Below are positions 28,557-40,000 of a stretch of DNA of 64,000 nucleotides, one piece after another. Position 1 is the first letter of the stretch; every line of letters starts with the position of its first letter. The notes beneath the pieces are model-generated. The model saw only the letters and a program-made list of their open reading frames with translations. It made no database searches and was not told the origin of the DNA. This stretch comes from Crocinitomicaceae bacterium (GTDB taxonomy: Bacteria; Bacteroidota; Bacteroidia; Flavobacteriales_D; Crocinitomicaceae), in contig JBDVJO010000005.1 of assembly GCA_039939375.1 (NCBI GenBank), positions 55,715 through 119,714 on the forward strand, given 5' to 3'. The position numbers and the translations under genes are program-made.

Positions 28557-29471
28557 ATGGTAGACATCACAGCAAAAACAAACACTTTACGAATCGCAAC
28601 TGCTGAGGCAACAGTATCCGTCAGTAAACAAGAAACCATTGATGCTATCAATAACAAAACAGTTCCAAAAGGAGATGTTTTTGAAATGTCAAAAGCAGCT
28701 GGACTGTTAGGGGTAAAAAAAACGCCAGATTTATTACCTGATTGCCATCCATTACCTATTGAATCCACCAAAATAACTTACACCATATCAGGATTTGAAA
28801 TCAAGATAAACATAGAGGTCAAAACCATTTATAAAACCGGTGTAGAGGTTGAAGCCATGCACGGCGCGAGCATAGTTGCCTTAAACATGTACGACATGTT
28901 GAAACCAATAGATAAGGGCATTGAAATCAATAACATCAGATTAATATCGAAAAAAGGTGGGAAGTCTGATTACAAAGACAAATTTTTAGATCGAGCAGAT
29001 ATTACAGCTGCTATTATCGTATGTTCTGATACCATTTCTGCAGGTCAAAAAGAAGACAAAGCAGGCAAAGCCATCATTGAAAAATTGGAGAAATATAAAG
29101 TTTCAATCGCAGACTATAAAGTAATTCCAGACGAAAAAGAGCGCATTCAAGCAGCGTTTAACACTGCCGTTTCAAATAATGTTAAGTTGATCATCTACAC
29201 CGGCGGAACAGGATTATCATCAAGAGATGTGACACCAGATTCAATTGAGAGCTTAATAGACAGAAGAATTCCGGGAATTGAAGAAGCCATCAGATCTTAC
29301 GGACAAGAGCGCATGCCTTATGCTATGTTGTCGAGAAGTTTGGTAGGTGTAAAAGGTGATTCTTTAGTGATGTGTTTACCAGGATCAACAAATGGCGCCA
29401 AAGAAAGTATGGATGCAGTTTTTCCTTTTGTAATGCATGTATTCGGAATTTTAAAAGGAGCGAAGCACTAA
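28557..29471 (+). CDS. moaC: Bifunctional MoaC (cyclic pyranopterin monophosphate synthase) and MogA/MoaB-like fusion protein
   Basis: 304 aa. The N-terminal ~150 aa are MoaC-like (...GVEVEAMHGASIVALNMYDM...). The C-terminal part has an MoCF_biosynth fold (AAIIVCSDTISAG...IIYTGGTGLSSRDVTPD). Confidence 0.8.
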   Translation: MVDITAKTNTLRIATAEATVSVSKQETIDAINNKTVPKGDVFEMSKAAGLLGVKKTPDLLPDCHPLPIESTKITYTISGFEIKINIEVKTIYKTGVEVEAMHGASIVALNMYDMLKPIDKGIEINNIRLISKKGGKSDYKDKFLDRADITAAIIVCSDTISAGQKEDKAGKAIIEKLEKYKVSIADYKVIPDEKERIQAAFNTAVSNNVKLIIYTGGTGLSSRDVTPDSIESLIDRRIPGIEEAIRSYGQERMPYAMLSRSLVGVKGDSLVMCLPGSTNGAKESMDAVFPFVMHVFGILKGAKH

Positions 29472-29711
29472 TTATCCTCCTGCAAAAGGAGGTAAAAGTG
29501 CCACTTCAAATCCGTCCTCTAATTTCGTGTCATTTTGAACCAATGTTTGATTCACAGAAATGGCAAAAGTCAAATTGTTTAATTCAGGATACTTTACTTT
29601 CAATTTATCAACTAAGGCTTCAGACCCCATATTATCTGGAATCTCAAACATTTCAGTAGTACATCCTAACTTTTCAGCTATTTGGGCAAAATAGAGAATT
29701 TTCACTTTCAT
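29472..29711 (-). CDS. moaD: Molybdopterin synthase sulfur-carrier subunit MoaD (ThiS/MoaD fold)
   Basis: 79 aa ending in the di-glycine ...LLPPFAGG. Overlaps the start of the upstream TauE gene by 4 nt. Confidence 0.7.
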   Translation of the reverse strand: MKVKILYFAQIAEKLGCTTEMFEIPDNMGSEALVDKLKVKYPELNNLTFAISVNQTLVQNDTKLEDGFEVALLPPFAGG

Positions 29712-30460
29712 TGGCCTAAGATAAGTTTTAAAGCAGCCACAAATAACATCAGGCTTAATAAATACCTCAATTTTTTATTATTCAATTTCTTTGCGCCGAT
29801 ATATCCGCCTATAAATCCGCCAGCAACCACAAGGATAATCATCAAAATGAGCTGCTCGTTTAAAAACAATTCATCATGATAATACTGACCAGACAGCCCC
29901 GCAACAGAATTCACCCAAATAAATAAAGCTGAAATGGCCGCAGTCTCTTTTGCATTCGCCCAACGAGAAAGTAATAAAATAGGACTCAAAATGATCCCCC
30001 CTCCTATTCCGATTAAACCGGAAAAAAAACCAATACCTGCCCCTACTCCCAATCCTAAAGGTAAATTCACCCGTTTTGAACTAGAATCATAATCCCCTTT
30101 ATTCAGAAATTCATCTAACAGGCCGACCATTTTCGCAACACTTAACAACAAAAATATACCCAGAATAACCTTGTAAAGTCCAGTTTCAATATTAAAAGTC
30201 CCACCTAAAAAAGCCATAGGAATTGAAGCTGCGGCGAATATCGCGAAGGTCTTGAATTTGAAATATCCTAATCGAGCAAAATGAATAAAAGCAATGCCCG
30301 CTACGAATAAATTTAACACCAATGCCGTTGGACGCATCTCATCTGGAACAAATGAAAAGAGTCCCATTAAAGCCAAATAGCCAGACGCTCCGCCATACCC
30401 AACAGCTCCGTACGTCATTGCAACAAGAGGTAAAAATATATAGAACCAGATCAAATCCAT
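29708..30460 (-). CDS. TauE/SafE-family (DUF81) sulfite/organosulfonate exporter-like membrane protein
   Basis: 250 aa. Two repeated 4-TM halves with Gly-rich motifs (GAVGYGGASGYL..., GLIGIGGGIILSPILLL). Confidence 0.75.
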   Translation of the reverse strand: MDLIWFYIFLPLVAMTYGAVGYGGASGYLALMGLFSFVPDEMRPTALVLNLFVAGIAFIHFARLGYFKFKTFAIFAAASIPMAFLGGTFNIETGLYKVILGIFLLLSVAKMVGLLDEFLNKGDYDSSSKRVNLPLGLGVGAGIGFFSGLIGIGGGIILSPILLLSRWANAKETAAISALFIWVNSVAGLSGQYYHDELFLNEQLILMIILVVAGGFIGGYIGAKKLNNKKLRYLLSLMLFVAALKLILGQ

Positions 30461-30661
30461 CCATCCAAAACTACCAAGAATAGGCAGTTCAGCATTATTT
30501 ACGCACGATTTTTACGATTTTTCTTGTTTCATATTGTTTTTATTGCTAATATTATTAGTAATTAGCTGAAATAATTAGATTAACAATTATGGTACCTTGA
30601 TTGAATAAAAAGACTATTTTTAAGCTGAGTTTATTAATTTATAACTTAAAACCTAAAATTT

Positions 30662-31237
30662 ATGGAAGATTGGTGGGGGGCAATGACCCAACTGGAGCAT
30701 GTCTATTGGATAATAGCTCTTATTGCAAGTATCATTTTTGTTGTATTGTTCTTAGGAACAATTATCGGAGGGGTTGATGCGGATATGGATAGTGTAGATG
30801 CCGATATTGAAGCAGATGGTGGAATTGGTTTTCAATTCTTAACTGTTAAAAACGTCACTGGATTCTTTACTGTGTTTGCTTGGGCAGGAATAGGCTCAAT
30901 CAACAACGGAAACTCAACAACAGTTACATTTATAATTTCATTGACCTCTGGACTCATTATGATGATTGCAATGGCCTGGCTATTTGCATTCATGGCAAAA
31001 CAGGCAGAAAGCGGAACCTTATTAATTAAGAATGCCATTGGACAAATTGGTGAAGTCTATATTACGGTTGGAAAAAACAGAAGTACTATAGGTAAAATCC
31101 AGATTAAAGTTCAGGGATCTTTGAGAGAGCTAGAGGCGCTCACAGATCATGATGATGACCTGGTCCAAGGTAATGTCATAAAAGTGACGGAAATTGTTAG
31201 TGGAGAATTATTATTAGTAGAAAAATTAAAAAAGTAA
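30662..31237 (+). CDS. NfeD-like membrane protein (N-terminal TM segments plus a C-terminal OB-fold), partner of the flotillin gene
   Basis: 191 aa. Two TM segments, then a beta-rich C-terminus GQIGEVYITVGKNRSTIGKIQIKVQG...GNVIKVTEIVSGELLLVEK. Lies directly upstream of the flotillin gene (4-nt gap). Confidence 0.7.
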   Translation: MEDWWGAMTQLEHVYWIIALIASIIFVVLFLGTIIGGVDADMDSVDADIEADGGIGFQFLTVKNVTGFFTVFAWAGIGSINNGNSTTVTFIISLTSGLIMMIAMAWLFAFMAKQAESGTLLIKNAIGQIGEVYITVGKNRSTIGKIQIKVQGSLRELEALTDHDDDLVQGNVIKVTEIVSGELLLVEKLKK

Positions 31238-31241
31238 AAAT

Positions 31242-32759
31242 ATGAATACAGTTTTATTACAACAAGGTGGAATAGGCGGAGTGTCTTTCTACTTAATCGG
31301 AGTAACTGCGGCGACCTTAATTCTGGTGCTGTTTGTTTACGCTATGTTCAGAAGATACAAACGTTGTCCCTCTGATAGAATCTTAGTGGTATACGGAAAA
31401 GTGTCAGGAGGCGGAGAAGGCGGAAGAACAGCAAAATGTGTGCACGGTGGTGCCTCTTTTATCTGGCCGATTATCCAGGATTATGAATTCATGGATTTAT
31501 CACCAATTTCAATTGAAGTTGAGTTGAAAAATGCCTTATCTAAGCAAAACATTCGTGTGGATGTTCCCTCTAGATTTACAGTAGCTATTTCAACTGAACC
31601 TTCAGTAATGGCAAATGCGGCAGAACGTTTGTTAGGTCTTTCTAAAGACCAAATTAAAGGAGTTGCTACAGATATCTTATTCGGTCAATTGCGTTTAGTA
31701 ATAGCAACAATGGATATTGAGGAAATCAACAACAACAGAGATAAATTCTTGTCGAATGTATCACACAACGTTGAGGCCGAGTTGAAAAAAATCGGGTTGA
31801 AATTAATCAACGTAAACGTTACCGATATCATGGATGAGTCTGGATATATTGAAGCTCTAGGTAAAGAAGCTGCTGCACACGCCATCAATGATGCGCGTAA
31901 ATCAGTAGCTGAAAAAAACAGAGATGGTTCAATTGGTGAAGCAAATGCTGTTCAAGATGAAAGAGTACAGGTTGCAAACGCACAGGCCAAAGCTAAAATT
32001 GGTGAAGCTGAAGCCACAAAATCAGAACGTATCGCTACTGCCGAAGCAAATGCACGTGCCATTGAAGGGGAGAATACTTCTCAAATTTCAATTGCCGAAT
32101 CAGATTCATTAAGAAGACAACGAGAGGCGGAGGCTGAAAAAACAGCGATCGCTTCAGAGAAAGTACAGTCGGCGAAAGCCCTGGAGGAATCTTACCATGC
32201 AGAGCAATTAGCAGAGCAAGCCAGAGCCGAAAGAGATCAAGCCACTGAATACGCAAACGTTGTCGTTCCTGCTCAAATTCAAAAATCAAAAATTGAAATT
32301 GATGCCGAAGCGAAAGCAGAAACTATCAGAAGAATTGCTCGTGGTGAGGCGGATGCGATCTTTGCAAAAAGAGAGGCAGAAGCGAAAGGTATCTTTGAAA
32401 TCTTAACGAAACAAGCACAAGGTTTTGATGAAATCGTTAAAGCTGCTGGTAACAACAGTAAAGATGCTGCTATGTTAATCATTGCGGACAAAATTGAAGA
32501 ATTGGTAAGAATGCAATCTGAAGCAATTAAGAATATCAAAATTGATAAAGTTACTGTTTGGGATAGCGGAAAAGGCGGAGCTGATGGTAAAACATCTACT
32601 GCCGGATTCTTAAGTGGACTTTATGGTTCTGTTCCACCATTAAACGAAATGTTTGATATGGCTGGATTAGAATTGCCAGACTACTTGAAAAAGAAAAAGG
32701 TAGAAGAAGGATCTGCTGATGTTATTGATACAGATGACACAACAGAACCAACTGAATAA
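31242..32759 (+). CDS. Flotillin-family SPFH-domain protein (FloA/YqiK-like)
   Basis: 505 aa. N-terminal TM, an SPFH/Band-7 domain, then a long Ala/Glu-rich coiled-coil (EAEA repeats) typical of flotillins. Confidence 0.85.
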   Translation: MNTVLLQQGGIGGVSFYLIGVTAATLILVLFVYAMFRRYKRCPSDRILVVYGKVSGGGEGGRTAKCVHGGASFIWPIIQDYEFMDLSPISIEVELKNALSKQNIRVDVPSRFTVAISTEPSVMANAAERLLGLSKDQIKGVATDILFGQLRLVIATMDIEEINNNRDKFLSNVSHNVEAELKKIGLKLINVNVTDIMDESGYIEALGKEAAAHAINDARKSVAEKNRDGSIGEANAVQDERVQVANAQAKAKIGEAEATKSERIATAEANARAIEGENTSQISIAESDSLRRQREAEAEKTAIASEKVQSAKALEESYHAEQLAEQARAERDQATEYANVVVPAQIQKSKIEIDAEAKAETIRRIARGEADAIFAKREAEAKGIFEILTKQAQGFDEIVKAAGNNSKDAAMLIIADKIEELVRMQSEAIKNIKIDKVTVWDSGKGGADGKTSTAGFLSGLYGSVPPLNEMFDMAGLELPDYLKKKKVEEGSADVIDTDDTTEPTE

Positions 32760-32781
32760 GTTCAATATAAAACAAAGAAAA

Positions 32782-32813
32782 AGGCTTGAGTAAAATACTC
32801 GAGCCTTTTTTTT
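32782..32813 (+). terminator. Rho-independent terminator after the flotillin gene
   Basis: AAGGCTTGAG-taaaatac-TCGAGCCTT followed by T8. Confidence 0.7.
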
Positions 32814-32823
32814 ATCTTTAAGC

Positions 32824-33822
32824 ATGAGCAAATTTTATTGTAGCTTATTTTGCCTAATTTTAATTGCTTGCACACCTGAAAAAGAAGATGCGGGAACATC
32901 AGAAAAACTTGTCCCTGACACAGAAACCGAATCTGAACAACCGCAAGAAATTGTTGACTCGCCTTCTCTCGTTATTTTAGGAACTATTCAAGATGCAGGA
33001 TCACCTCATATCAACTGCCATAAAGCTTGTTGTGAAGCCTTACATACTCATCCTGACCCTGACAAAAAAGTTGTTTCGTTAGGGTTTATTGATCCCGAAA
33101 ACAAGAAAAAATATCTGTTTGAAGCCACACCAGATATCTCTAGTCAAATTGCACTTCTTTCTAATTTCGAAGACTTTAGCGAAACTGATATTCCGGATGG
33201 TGTCTTTCTAACTCATGCCCATATCGGTCATTATGCTGGACTCATGTTTTTTGGAAAAGAAGCGACCAACACCCAAAATGTTCCGGTTTTTGCTATGCCA
33301 AAAATGCGTGAATTTTTATCCAATAACGGACCCTGGAATCAATTGATCTCAGAAGAAAACATCCTGTTAAGCCCCCTTGAAAATGAATCACCAACTATCG
33401 TAAATTCGAATCTTACCGTTATACCATTCACTGTGCCTCATAGAGATGAATATTCTGAAACGGTAGGCTATAAAATAATTGGACCCAACAAATCCGCCAT
33501 CTTTATTCCAGACATTGATAAATGGGAAAAATGGCGCAAAAATATTTTGGAAGAAATCAATGAAGTAGACTACGCTTTTTTAGATGCCACTTTTTATGAT
33601 GCCAACGAGATTCCTGACCGAGAAATTTCCGAAATTCCACACCCACTGGTTTCAGAAAGCATGGAATTATTTGCTCAATTGTCTGATGAAAACAAAGACA
33701 AAATTTACTTTATTCACTTCAATCATTCTAACCCAATTTTAGATAATTCATCAGGGAAAAATGAAGTTATTGAAGCTGCAGGATTTCATAATGCACTTAT
33801 AAATCAGGTGTTTAAAATGTAA
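32824..33822 (+). CDS. MBL-fold metallo-hydrolase lipoprotein (PqqB-like subgroup)
   Basis: 332 aa. Lipoprotein signal peptide (LILIACT). THAHIGHYAGL His motif. Confidence 0.6.
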   Translation: MSKFYCSLFCLILIACTPEKEDAGTSEKLVPDTETESEQPQEIVDSPSLVILGTIQDAGSPHINCHKACCEALHTHPDPDKKVVSLGFIDPENKKKYLFEATPDISSQIALLSNFEDFSETDIPDGVFLTHAHIGHYAGLMFFGKEATNTQNVPVFAMPKMREFLSNNGPWNQLISEENILLSPLENESPTIVNSNLTVIPFTVPHRDEYSETVGYKIIGPNKSAIFIPDIDKWEKWRKNILEEINEVDYAFLDATFYDANEIPDREISEIPHPLVSESMELFAQLSDENKDKIYFIHFNHSNPILDNSSGKNEVIEAAGFHNALINQVFKM

Positions 33823-34029
33823 AATATCATTTTAATTAAATCTTGTTAAAAATGTAATCCCTTCTAAATCTCCCATAAACAAAGGAATTCAAACTGTCAA
33901 CCTCTGCACTCAACGAGAAGATTAGTTATTTTATCGAATTACGCGCTTGAAGATTTTTAAAAATCCAATACTCTGTATATCTTTAGGAGGAATACTTGAA
34001 ATTAGCTACTACTATTTTTGAAAATAAAT

Positions 34030-37000
34030 ATGAGAAATTTACTTTTCGTATTTGCCCTAACATTTACGATAATTAGCCATTCTGCTGATCGATATTGGAT
34101 CGCTGCGGGGGCTAGCAACTGGAACAATACTGCGAACTGGTCAACCACTTCAGGCGGTGCAGGAGGTGCATCTGTTCCCGGAGCTGCAGACGTTGCCATT
34201 TTTAATGCAAATGGCAATGGAAACTGCAACCTTGATATTCCAACCGCGACACTGGGTGGGATGACAGTGAACGGGTATACGGCAATTATAGACTTAAACG
34301 GAAATACTATTTCTGTGACAAGCGGAAACGTAACTCTAACAACAGGAACAATCAATGATGGTCCAAATTTGGGGGTATTTTCACTCAATACAACCGGTAC
34401 TACTCGCTTCAATGGTGCAACTATTGGTGCCGCCATCAACGGTAGCTCTGGAAGGGTTAGGCTGGACGGTTCAGTATTTAACAATACAGTCAACATCACA
34501 AAAACTGGTGCAGGAAATGATGGAGGAGCTGGTGGGAACACCTTTAATTCAACCGTGACGCTGGGCAATTCAAGTACTGATTATTTAATGACAGGAAACA
34601 CAAATCCTGATGTATTTAATGGAACTTTAAACATCTCAAACACAGGCTCAGACTTAATATATTTAGCGCACAACTCGGCTGGAAATCAATTTAATGCCAA
34701 CGTTAATTTTGAATCAACTGGAACCAGCAATGGAATCAGAATAGCTCAATCTGCAGGAGCTACTGCCACATTAGCAACAGGACAAACCTTTAACACTTAT
34801 GGTGGTGGATATACCTCCGGAGACCTAAGAATTTACAACACCACGCAAGCCAGCGCCACTGGGCAAAATTTAACATTAACAGGAACGGCTCGTTTGTATA
34901 TGGTAAGCACGACTTGGAACGGAAACGTTAATTTTTCATCTGCCAGAATTTACACCCAAGATTGCATTTATAACGGCACGGCTGTTTTATCCAAAACTGG
35001 CGCTTCTGATGATGCATCCCCAGGGGGTAATACATTCACGCAAGACTTGACTATTAACAACTCTGGCTCAGGGTACTTTATGACCTGTAATGGCAACCCT
35101 GATACTTATTCAGGCAATGTCTCCATAACAAACTCTGGAACAGATTTGGTTTATTTTGCCGATAATGCGGCAGGTATATCAGTGGCTGGGAATGTAGATA
35201 TTTCTAATACCGGAGCTGCAACCGGAATTAGAGTAGCACGCTTAGTCGGATCAACTGTTACGGTTGGTGGAAATCTCACTTTAACAGATGACGGAACCGC
35301 AGATCATGCCAACTACTTAGCGAATAACGGAACACTTACTATAACCGGAAATTTGATAGTGACCAATAATTGTTCTGCTACATCTACAAACCATTATGTT
35401 TCTAACGGAACTACTGCCCAAATAACTGTAAATGGAACATCTGACTTCATCAATAACGGAACCGGAGCAACCAGTCAGCGCTATTGGATAGGAGACCAAG
35501 GAACCGCAACCTTTAATGGAGATGTTACAGCACAAAACAATTCAAGTGCTACTAATTCTGAAATCTTTTTTCACCGCACCGCAACAGGAATTGTCAACTT
35601 TAATGAAAACATAATTATCGAATCTACAGTAGCTAATTCTGATGGTGTGTCATTTGGAGAAAGTGCAGGTACTGGTACACTTGCTGCCGGTAAAACTATT
35701 ACTATCGGAGTTGGAGGATTTGTTAGTGGTGACTTATATCTCAGAAACTTTACACAAGTTGGTGCTACCGCACAATCTTTAAGTCCTACCGGAACTACAA
35801 TTATGCACATTAGAGATTCAAACTGGGGAGGAGATGTTAGTTTTACCAGTCCAAGAATCAACACTAGAGAAACGGTTTATTCAGGAACAGTTTATATAGA
35901 AAAAACCGGTTCTACGAATGACAATTCAGCAGGTGGAAACACCTTCGTAGGTAATACTACTTTAGTGAATTCAAGTGACGGTCAGTTAGGAATGGGAAAT
36001 GGAAATCCTGATGATTTTCAATCTGATTTAATCGTAAATAACTCAGGGTCTTACCGTTTTGAAATGGCAATGAATAGTGCTGGTAATACAATTGGAGGAG
36101 ATTTCACTTTAAGTAATTCAGGAACCTCTACGGTTGTTGTAATCTGTAATAATGCTGCATCAACACTTGATGTTACAGGAAATACCATAATTAATAACAC
36201 TACTTCAGCAGCTAATTCTTCTATTTATATTGGAAATGCAGGTGACGTTGTATTAAACGGAGACTTCTCATATAACATGACGCCAACAGGTGCAACTCAT
36301 AATTCATATATTGCTAATGGAGCTGATTCAGAGGTTACAATTGGCGGAATTACAACTTTAAATAATGATGGTGCAGGAGCTACTACACAAAGAATATTTT
36401 TTGGTAATCAAGGAGACATCATAACAAATGGAGATTTGACTATTAACAATTCATCTAATGCTACAAACAGTGAAGTTTTCGTGCATTACAACACCAATAG
36501 TGTAGCGCAGTTCAACGAAAATATTATTCTGAATTGTACTGGGGCCAGTTCAGATGGAATCAGATTTGGACAGGCAAATGGAACAGGTACTTTAGCTGCA
36601 ACAAAAACTATAACCATTGGAGGCGGTGGATTTGTCTCTGGTGATTTAAGATTAGATGGATTTACCCAAGTCGGACCAACAGCTCAAACATTAACAGCAA
36701 CTGGTACCACAAGAATTATTGTAGTAGATTCTGACTGGGGTGGAGATATCGATTTTCATGCACCTAGGATGGTTTCAACAGGAACCCTTTATAATGGAAC
36801 TGGTTTATTAGAAAAAACAGGCGGAATAGCTGATGACGTTTCTTCAGGTGGAAACAAATTTGTTGGTGATTTCACTTTACGAAACACCGGGTCAGAATAC
36901 ATTATGTTTGGTAATGGAACGGCAGATACTTGTTTAGCCAATCTTACACTAGACAATGCTAGTTCAGCTCAAATGTATTGGGCAAACAACTCTAATGGCA

Positions 37001-40000
37001 ATATTGTTAATGGAGATTTAGTTGGAACTATGTCCAATACCAGTACGCGACTTGAGATTTGTGCAAATGTAAACTCAACAATAGAAGTTGATGGAACAGC
37101 AACTTTAACCTCAACTTCTGCAGCCGCTAGTTCTACTATGATTGTTGGGAATTCAGGAGACGTGACATTCAATGGCGATTTATCAATGACAGATAATTCA
37201 ACAGGAGCCGTTTCATACACCTATTTGGCAAACGCAACTGACGCTAGTGCAATTATAAATGGCGACTTTTTAATTGAAAAAAATCCAACAGGCGCAACTG
37301 AAACAAGAGCTTACATAGGAAATCAAGGAGACGTGACCTTCAACGGGACATTTACCGCGAACAACAACTCAGGGGCGAACAACAATCATATTTATGTCCA
37401 CTACTCTGCAAATAGTGTGGGTATCTTTAATGAAAATATTGTAGTAACGGCAACAGATGCCAACAGTGATGGGGTGAGCTTTGGAGAAAATGGGGGATCA
37501 GGAACACTAGCAGCAACGAAAACTGTAACTATTGGAGGCGGAGGCTTCGTGGCAGGAGATCTTGAGTTTAGAAACTTTACACAGATCGGACCTACTGCAC
37601 AAAATTTAACCTGTACGGGTACAGCTAGAATTTACAATTATGACTCAAATTGGGGAGGCGACATCACCTTCATAGCTCCAAGACAATTACTAAGAGGAAC
37701 TACCTTTAACCTCACAAGTTATATAGAAAAAACAGGTGCAAGTAATGATCAATCTTTAGGCGGAAATACTTTTGTTGGAGATTGTGAATTGAGACATACA
37801 GGATCTGATCAACTATTGTTTGGTAATGGTGTTTTAGACCACTGGCAAGCAAATTTACTCGTGAACAATTTTGGATCAGGAAGAGTGTTAATAGCCAACT
37901 CAGGTGTCGGGCATTTAATAGAAGGAACGTTAGACTGGAACAGAACAGGTAATTCAAGTCAAAACGATATTCTTTCAAATGCCAACGGAACAACTTTAGC
38001 TGTCAACGGGAACGGCACTTTTGTAAACAGTGGAACTGGTGGTGCAAATCTTTACATTGGTAATGGAGGGAGCATAACTTTTGGGGGAGATGTTGACATT
38101 ACGCATAATACATCTGTAACAGCAACATCAAGTACGCGTTTTGCGGATGGAGCCAACTCTGTTATTTCAGTTGCAGGAAACCTTACATTAGTCAATTCTG
38201 GCAGCAACACCACTTCTGATTGCTATATCGCCAATTCCGGTACAGTAACAATATCTGGAACTGCAGATATTACGAGTAGCGGTTCAGGAACTACCAATAG
38301 AATATACGTCTCAAATGCCACTGGGTCATCCATAGTCTTTGGAAATACAGCTACTGTTACGAATAATTCAACAGCAACAGGAAATACACAAATTTACATT
38401 GGAAACCAAGGCGCTATAACTACGAATGGTTTATATCATTTGATTAACAATTCTGGCGCAACAAATTCAGGCATATACTGCAATTACAATACAAATAGTG
38501 TTGGAACTTATAATGAAAACATTACAGTTCAATGTACAGATGCTAATTCTGATGGTATCAGATTTGGAGAAGCAACAGGCAGTGGAACTTTAGCTGCTAC
38601 AAAAACGATCACGGTTGGCGTTGGTGGCTTTGTTGCCGGAGATTTGCAATTCAGAAACTTTACACAAGTAGGTCCTACTGCTCAAGCTTTAACCTGCACA
38701 GGAACAGCAAGAATTTACAATTACGATTCAAACTGGGGAGGAGACATTACTTTTGTGGCTCCAAGACAAATCACAAGAGGAACTACATATCAAGGAACTT
38801 CCTATATCGAAAAAACTGGAGCAACGGATGATGTTTCCGTAGGCGGAAATACATTTGAAGGAGATTGTCAGCTTGTAAATAACGGCACCGATTATCTCTT
38901 AATGGGAAATAGTTTTCCAGATGTATGGAATGGCGACCTAGATGCCACAAACAATAGTACAGATAACATGTACATTGCTAATAACGCTTTAGGTAATACA
39001 ATAGCAGGGAATTTAACCTGGGTACATACCGGCAATAGCACAAATTCGTACATTTCAAATTCTGCTAATGCAGATTTGACGGTTAGCGGCACGGCGAGTT
39101 TCACCAATACTTCATCAGGGGTAGGCTCGGTTTATATTGGAAACTCAGGAGATGCCACTTTTAACGCTAGTGTCACGGCTGTTAATAATCCTAGTACGGC
39201 AGGAACATCTCAAATTAGAATAGCCGAAGCAACAAGTTCGCAAGTTATAATTGATGGAGCGACAATTCTAAATAATATTGGTTCAGCTACAACATCTCAA
39301 ATTGTTGTTGGTAACAATGGAGATGCCGATTTTAATTCAACTTTAGATGTAACAAACGCTGGCTCTGGTACAACAAGTCAGGTCTATATTGGAAATAGTG
39401 CTAACGCTGTTATCAACGTTGCTGGAAACGCAACTTTAGATCAATCTGGCGGAATTACAACGACAAGAATATATGCAGGAAATAACGCGAATGTAACTTG
39501 GAACGGTGATTTGGCCATTACCAATAGCAGCTCATCTACGAATTCAGATGTTCGTATGAACTATTCAGGATCAGCAATTAGTGCTTACAATGGGAATATT
39601 ACGGTTACTTCTGAAGATGCAAACTGTGATGGTGTTAGATTTGGTCAAAACGGTGGAACTGGAACTTTGGCTGCAGGTCAAACCGTTGCTGTTGGTGGTG
39701 GAGGGTTCATTGCTGGAGATTTAAGATTTAGAAACTGGACACAACTTGGTGCATCTGCACAAAATGTTGTTTGTACGGGTACAGCAAGAATCTACCAACA
39801 TGATGCTATTTGGAATGCTGATGCCAATTTTGAAGCACCAAGATATTATACCAATGGTTCAACCTATGAAGGTTTAACAACAATTGAGAAAAATGGAGCT
39901 TCAAATGATGATAGCCCAGGGGGAAACACTTTTAATAGTGACGTTTCAATTACAAACTCGGGCTCAGGGCGCTTGAGAATGTCACAAACAAATGGAACTC

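Noticed and set aside
29372-29659. 95-aa plus-strand ORF spanning the end of moaC–mogA and the moaD gene
   Set aside because: It overlaps two confidently assigned genes: the fused moaC–mogA gene, and moaD on the opposite strand with its GG terminus.
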